A program made the translations under genes and the position numbers. This document shows positions 15,959 to 20,319 of a stretch of DNA of 20,319 nt, piece by piece (within the stretch, counting starts at the first letter, position 1; each line of letters starts with the position of its first letter). The DNA is taken from positions 1 to 20,319 of the IMG/VR virus record IMGVR_UViG_3300028833_003500; one strand, given 5' to 3'. The notes under the pieces are model-generated. The model saw nothing but the letters and a program-made list of their open reading frames with translations, ran no database searches and was not told where the DNA came from. This DNA comes from a virus.

Positions 15959-16248
15959 TTTTTACTTTCCTTATCATATTTCAGTTTTAACCCGAGAAGG
16001 ATAAATATAAGTATAGTTGCCAAAGTATAATTTACATATTGCGGATATTGCCACATTCCACTTATATAATTAGTATAGAAAATATAAGCAGCACTACATA
16101 AATTACCGATAATTGACAAAATAATAAAGAAAATACTTATATCACCTGTCGACTTAGTTTTATAAGCTTTAATAACTTGTGGTAATGAACAAACTGCAAA
16201 AGCACCAGCTCCACAAAAACCACAAATTAACATTAAAGTATCTAACAT
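15955..16248 (-). CDS. PQ-loop / SemiSWEET-type three-helix membrane transporter, 97 aa
   Basis: SLPQVIKAYKTKSTGDIS signature and three hydrophobic segments; start placed at ATG 16248 behind an AAAGGA RBS rather than at the TTG at 16293. Confidence 0.85.
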   Translation of the reverse strand: MLDTLMLICGFCGAGAFAVCSLPQVIKAYKTKSTGDISIFFIILSIIGNLCSAAYIFYTNYISGMWQYPQYVNYTLATILIFILLGLKLKYDKESKK

Positions 16249-16265
16249 TCGCTTCCTTTTATTTA

Positions 16266-16293
16266 AAGATAGAAAAATCATACGGTTTTTCAA
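16266..16293 (-). promoter_or_regulatory. Possible sigma70-like promoter overlapping the nrdD terminator
   Basis: TTGAAA, 16 nt, TATCTT, ahead of the PQ-loop RBS. Confidence 0.35.
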
Positions 16294-16307
16294 CCCGTAT
16301 GATTTTT
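16273..16307 (-). terminator. Intrinsic terminator downstream of nrdD
   Basis: 13-bp stem AAAAATCATACGG / CCGTATGATTTTT with a 9-nt loop. Confidence 0.7.
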
Positions 16308-16322
16308 TTCTAGTTGTTTTTA

Positions 16323-18794
16323 TTAAATATTATGACGGTCTCTCAATTCTGCTAATTTTCCATCATTCCATGACTTGAAAATAGTCTTCTTAGGAGAACC
16401 AGTCAAATATCCGGTAATTCTTCTAACACGAATAATCTCATCTTCATTCTTGTTACCGCAACATGGACATTCATTATTGATGATTCCATGGAAATGGCAC
16501 TTAGTACAAGTATCACTATCAAATGTACAAGTGAAATATCCTAAGTCACCATCATACATAGCATCAATAGTTGCCTTGACTGCTTCAAGATTCTTAGACA
16601 AGTCACCGTTCAACTTATAATAGAAGATATGACCAGCATTTGTAATCTTGTGATAAGGTGCTTCCATCTTAATCTTGTTTTCAAGAGTAGTTTCCAAAGA
16701 ATAATCAAGCATGTGGCTATTTGTATAATAACCCTTACCGAAGACTCTCTGTAAATCTACATCAGCAAGCTTCTTTTCGTTCTGAAAAAGATTTTTATCG
16801 ATGTTAGCAAAACGACCTGCAACTGCTTCAGCCGGTGTAGCGAAACAAGACCAGTTCAAATGAGTTTCCTTCTGTGTCTTATCAACAAATTCACGAATAG
16901 TCTTTACAATAGAGAAAGCATAATCATCAATTTCATGGTCGACACCATAAGTCTTACCTGTCAAGAGTAACATGGTTTCAGCAAGACCGACGTAACCGAT
17001 TGACAACGAAGCCTGCTTAAGAACTTCACCAATCTTATCAGTAACTTCATGCGGTTGGTCATCAGATGTGAGATAAAGACCCTGTTGCATAGTGAACGGG
17101 AAATTCTCATATGTCTTGTTAGAAATCAATGCAAATCTGTCAAGCAAACTTCCCTTTGCATCTTCAAGCATTTCAGCAAGCTTTTCAAAGAAAATAGTCT
17201 TACGTTCTTGTTCATCTTTAGCTGCGATATGAGCTTCAATAGCAAGTCTAGGAAGGTTAATTGTATGGAATGCAAAGTTACCTCTACCAGTTGTCTGTTC
17301 AGCACCATTGATATTACCAATAACTCTAGTTCTACAACCCATAGTAGAAATAGTTGTATTTTCAATGAGCTTCTTCAACTTTAACTTATTTCCAGAAATT
17401 TCTTCAATTTCCCAATAATCACCTTGACCTACATCATACTGATAAACAAACTTATCAAACTTCTGATCTTGCATTGGAATAATTGTTGCTTCATCTTTAC
17501 CACGAACCTTAACACCAATAGCATTTTCAAAAATTTCAACTTCCTTAGTTTCATACTTGATGTATGGCTTATTGAAGGAACTATCGACCTTTACAAAGTT
17601 CGGGTAGAATCTACGAGCAAGACACTTAATAGAATCGAGATACAAATCATAGTTAGGATCTTCTGGATTCTTTGTATAACCTTTCATCAACTTGAAAATC
17701 AAGATTGGGAAAATTGCTGTCAATCCATCGCCGAGACCTTCCATCTGAGACTTAATAAGATTCTTGCTAATCATACGGCCACAATTAGAAGTATTAAGAC
17801 CGAAGTTCAAAGAACTGAATGGAACTTGGTTTCCTGAACGAGACTGTAAAGAATTCAAATTACCAATAAGACCTTCCATAGCCTGATGTGTATCATCATC
17901 TGTCTTCTGAATTGCCTTGATAACACAAATCTTAGGGAACTTAGTATAAAGAAGTGCAGAAGGCCAGTTCATAGAAGCTGTTGCAACTTCATCAAGATTG
18001 GTCATTTCTTCATGATCTGGATTATATTCTATATATCTTTCTAATTCTTCCTTAAGATTCTTTCTAAATGAAATATCGACAAATGGTGCTAAATCAAAAT
18101 CGAGATTATCATCAGCGATACCACCATATTGCTGGTTGGACTGAAGCTGAAGGATAACTGCTGTCAATGCTGCTGCAGTCTGGATTGACTTCGGAGAACG
18201 TAAGAAACCAGTTCCGGAGTCAAAACCATTCTTCAACAACTTTCCAACTGGAGCAAACAAGCAGTTGAATGTCAAATTATACTGGTTAAGGTCATGGATA
18301 TGTAAATGCCCGTCCTTATGTTCCTGTGCATACTTTCTGTTGATGTTATTCAACAGATTATACATCTTGTTCGTTTCAGATGCAATCTTACCGTATGTTC
18401 CAGCAGGAGTAGCACCAGACTCATTTGCATTGTCTCTTAAAATATTCGAACTTTTAATGTCAGATTCTGTAATTTCCTTAATGGTCTTTACAATTTCTGA
18501 TTTTGTTTCACGTGCACGGTTACGTTCGTCTCTATATAAAATAAATGCCTTGGCAACTGTTCCGAATCCGCTATTCATTAATGTTTTTTCAATAACATTC
18601 TGAATATCTTCAACTTTTGCTGACTTAGCATCATTTGCGGAAATCTTCTCGACTACTTCATCAACTAATTGGTCTATACCTTCTTCTGTATATTTTTCAT
18701 TTATTGATTTAAATGCATTTTCTATGGCTGTATATACTTTTGCAATATTGAATTTTCGTCTGCGATTATCTCGCTTAATTACGTTTTTAATCAT
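16323..18794 (-). CDS. nrdD: Anaerobic (class III) ribonucleoside-triphosphate reductase
   Basis: N-terminal ATP-cone (VIKRD...FN..KV), HIHDL, NC, QSRSGNQVPFSSLNFG, MGCRT, TPAE, YTNS, Zn site CxxC...CxxC, glycyl-radical loop RRITGYL. Confidence 0.97.
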   Translation of the reverse strand: MIKNVIKRDNRRRKFNIAKVYTAIENAFKSINEKYTEEGIDQLVDEVVEKISANDAKSAKVEDIQNVIEKTLMNSGFGTVAKAFILYRDERNRARETKSEIVKTIKEITESDIKSSNILRDNANESGATPAGTYGKIASETNKMYNLLNNINRKYAQEHKDGHLHIHDLNQYNLTFNCLFAPVGKLLKNGFDSGTGFLRSPKSIQTAAALTAVILQLQSNQQYGGIADDNLDFDLAPFVDISFRKNLKEELERYIEYNPDHEEMTNLDEVATASMNWPSALLYTKFPKICVIKAIQKTDDDTHQAMEGLIGNLNSLQSRSGNQVPFSSLNFGLNTSNCGRMISKNLIKSQMEGLGDGLTAIFPILIFKLMKGYTKNPEDPNYDLYLDSIKCLARRFYPNFVKVDSSFNKPYIKYETKEVEIFENAIGVKVRGKDEATIIPMQDQKFDKFVYQYDVGQGDYWEIEEISGNKLKLKKLIENTTISTMGCRTRVIGNINGAEQTTGRGNFAFHTINLPRLAIEAHIAAKDEQERKTIFFEKLAEMLEDAKGSLLDRFALISNKTYENFPFTMQQGLYLTSDDQPHEVTDKIGEVLKQASLSIGYVGLAETMLLLTGKTYGVDHEIDDYAFSIVKTIREFVDKTQKETHLNWSCFATPAEAVAGRFANIDKNLFQNEKKLADVDLQRVFGKGYYTNSHMLDYSLETTLENKIKMEAPYHKITNAGHIFYYKLNGDLSKNLEAVKATIDAMYDGDLGYFTCTFDSDTCTKCHFHGIINNECPCCGNKNEDEIIRVRRITGYLTGSPKKTIFKSWNDGKLAELRDRHNI

Positions 18795-18870
18795 CTATTT
18801 CCTCTTTATAAACGCTTAATAAACATTTAATTCACAACACTAATAACTTTCATTTTCTTTATCGGTTTTA

Positions 18871-18878
18871 TATTTATA
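18871..18878 (-). promoter_or_regulatory. TATAAATA box upstream of nrdD
   Basis: The plus strand reads TATTTATA, in the intergenic region 77 nt before the nrdD ATG. Confidence 0.45.
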
Positions 18879-18886
18879 GCACAATG

Positions 18887-18923
18887 AAAAATGTAGCCTT
18901 TACTATTTTAAAGCTACATTTTT
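18887..18923. other. Inverted repeat (terminator or operator)
   Basis: AAAAATGTAGC, 15 nt, GCTACATTTTT, immediately upstream of the TATAAATA box. Confidence 0.5.
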
Positions 18924-19013
18924 GAGAAATTTTTCACTAAGATTTAACATAAACTTCAACCGACAAATATAATTATTTATTATTTTTTACGTTACAAATT
19001 TCATATCAAATAT

Positions 19014-19044
19014 AAAAAAAACTATGCAAAATTTTGCATAGTTT
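19014..19044 (-). terminator. Intrinsic terminator (perfect 26-bp palindrome plus T run)
   Basis: AAACTATGCAAAA/TTTTGCATAGTTT at 19019-19044, followed by a T tract on the minus strand. Confidence 0.7.
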
Positions 19045-19066
19045 AAATTAATTTGTAAATTTTTAT

Positions 19067-19270
19067 TTAGAAACGAATTGTGAAATTAAACGCTTGATAA
19101 CCGTTAATCCAGAGTAACCAGTTAGGAGAAATTTCAAAATATTTGTAATGATAACTAGAATACTGAGTATTCCAAAAATCTATCTCCTTACAAAATTCAG
19201 AAGTGAAGAAAGGTGAACATGCAAATGACATGCCACATAGTAACAGTAAGATTCCAATTATTCTTTGCAT
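19067..19270 (-). CDS. Small exported, aromatic-rich protein, 67 aa
   Basis: AAGGA RBS 8 nt upstream; signal-peptide-like MQRIIGILLLLCGMSFA; overlaps the HNH stop. Confidence 0.6.
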   Translation of the reverse strand: MQRIIGILLLLCGMSFACSPFFTSEFCKEIDFWNTQYSSYHYKYFEISPNWLLWINGYQAFNFTIRF

Positions 19271-19740
19271 TTCTTTTTTCCTTTTTTAGTTTCTGTTTTT
19301 TCAGTTTTTTCAGTAGCTGCTGGTGCTTTAGATTTGACCATATTAGGCTGTTGTTTTACTGGAATATGTTTATCTAGGTCTACATCACCAATCGCGTCCA
19401 GAAGCACTCTTAAACGCGTTACAATCTCTTTTTTATTCTTACTATATTCTATCATACCTGCTAGGTCTTTTAACCTCATAGACCATCTATAATAGTCATA
19501 ATACTTAATACAGACTTTCTTCAGGTTAAACCCAGACTGCAATAATTCGACGTCTGGATAAGCTCTGGCAAGCAAATGATGTGCAATCATATGTTCCCTA
19601 GGGGTCAAATAAATCCAGTTCGTAGGCACGTCTGGACCACCCAATGACTGAGGAATTATATGATGCTTATCATATAATATCGATGGTTCTCTCCCTGCCG
19701 CTTTGGCAATAATTGCGAAATATGTTTTTAAATAATTCAT
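19258..19740 (-). CDS. HNH endonuclease-like protein (Mob-type N-terminal domain)
   Basis: KHHIIPQSLGGPDVPTNWIYLTPREHMIAHHLL; Lys-rich C-terminal tail. Confidence 0.8.
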   Translation of the reverse strand: MNYLKTYFAIIAKAAGREPSILYDKHHIIPQSLGGPDVPTNWIYLTPREHMIAHHLLARAYPDVELLQSGFNLKKVCIKYYDYYRWSMRLKDLAGMIEYSKNKKEIVTRLRVLLDAIGDVDLDKHIPVKQQPNMVKSKAPAATEKTEKTETKKGKKKCKE

Positions 19741-19919
19741 TTATATATTGTAAATTCTTGGTCACATGCATCTGGATTTTCTTCGTTAACAGTAATACAT
19801 TTCTGATACATATCTTCAGGAGAAGTAGAACTTTCAGAACTACATCCAAATATCATTAAACTAAATACGAAAATAAAAATAACTACAAATACTACGATGT
19901 CAATTTTTGTTTTTTGCAT
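19737..19919 (-). CDS. Small predicted lipoprotein, 60 aa
   Basis: Basic N-terminus, hydrophobic stretch and lipobox-like IFG-C, Ser-rich linker, two further Cys; ATGA overlap with the HNH gene. Start placed at ATG 19919. Confidence 0.6.
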   Translation of the reverse strand: MQKTKIDIVVFVVIFIFVFSLMIFGCSSESSTSPEDMYQKCITVNEENPDACDQEFTIYK

Positions 19920-19927
19920 AATATTAT

Positions 19928-19955
19928 AATATAGCAAATATTTTTTAGTTGTAAA
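19928..19955 (-). promoter_or_regulatory. Sigma70-like promoter
   Basis: TTTACA, 16 nt, TATATT; same boxes as the promoter at 1867-1895. Confidence 0.5.
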
Positions 19956-19963
19956 CCCTAAAA

Positions 19964-19990
19964 TAAAAAACCAGGATTTACTCCTGGTTT
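19964..19990 (-). terminator. Intrinsic terminator
   Basis: AAACCAGGA-GTAAA-TCCTGGTTT followed by a T run on the minus strand, just after the stop at 19996. Confidence 0.75.
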
Positions 19991-19995
19991 ATTTA

Positions 19996-20319
19996 TTACT
20001 TGTTGTTTGGTCGCTTATAACCAAATGTCTTCATTGTTTCATCCTTCTTTACAGTTCTATCACCTTTGACTTGATCCTTATAATCACAACGGTGTTTTGC
20101 AACAGAAGTACTGAACAACTTGGTTATATATGCGCCTGTTCCTAAAGCATGATGATTCTTTGCCTTGACGTTTCCATCCTTATCAGACAACCAGTCGATA
20201 ACCATCTGGACTGTTCCTGCTGTAGTAGTCTTAGCTTCATCATTCAATGTAAATTCGATATTAAAATCATTTACATAGTTTGCGGTAGTTGTATATACCC
20301 AAAGATGAAGTTTATAAGT
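19996..20319 (-). CDS. 3' end of a larger protein (5'-truncated), possible Ig-like C-terminal domain
   Basis: The frame stays open to the window edge (TYKLHLWVYTTTANYVNDFNIEFTLNDEAK...), so the TTG at 20247 is probably not the start; W...GTGAYITK and KTFGYKRP motifs. Confidence 0.65.
   Translation of the reverse strand, partial: TYKLHLWVYTTTANYVNDFNIEFTLNDEAKTTTAGTVQMVIDWLSDKDGNVKAKNHHALGTGAYITKLFSTSVAKHRCDYKDQVKGDRTVKKDETMKTFGYKRPNNK

Noticed and set aside
16249-16293. TTG start at 16293 for the PQ-loop gene (also 14831, 19937 and 20247 for their ORFs)
   Set aside because: RBS position, paralogue alignment, promoter position or an open upstream frame favour 16248, 14810, 19919 and a start beyond the window.
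17350-17571. Intein or intron in nrdD
   Set aside because: The frame is continuous, and the insert lacks an N-terminal Cys/Ser block and a His-Asn end.
18795-19066. NrdR boxes, a tRNA, or a small ORF in the nrdD upstream region
   Set aside because: No convincing NrdR palindrome or cloverleaf; only ORFs of 15 codons or fewer without an RBS.
1-20319. CRISPR array, rRNA/tRNA genes, active amber recoding
   Set aside because: No repeat-spacer periodicity or tRNA-like sequence was found by eye, and all genes read through intact under the standard code.

Overview
A 20.3-kb, AT-rich, densely coded segment of a large T4-like (myovirus/jumbo-type) phage genome in the standard genetic code. The T4-like assignment rests on a UvsY-like gene, TATAAATA late-promoter boxes and two gp23-derived genes. 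The host is probably an anaerobe of the FCB group; Fibrobacter-like is an inference only. Left to right: a + strand block (DRB0094-type RNA ligase, hypothetical, NUDIX, UvsY-like, small heat-shock protein); a - strand late tail-fibre cluster (1095-aa fibre, 117-aa helical protein, 675-aa collagen-containing fibre, 462-aa putative tip protein, 214-aa paralogue of the 117-aa protein); three + strand late genes that share an N-terminal leader; a tightly coupled - strand operon (PQ-loop transporter, mini-gp23, nrdG, mini-gp23, orphan radical SAM enzyme, 66-aa Cys-Gly peptide); nrdD; and small envelope genes plus an HNH gene. The best candidate for a new system lies at 11272-16248. Four proteins share a ~22-aa leader that resembles a capsid-targeting or prohead-protease leader, two of them carry repeated Cys-Gly cores, and one of those is translationally coupled to a radical SAM enzyme (RiPP-like architecture). 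In the same operon, two heavily truncated major-capsid paralogues each sit directly upstream of a radical SAM gene. All family assignments are by eye from motifs; no database searches were run.
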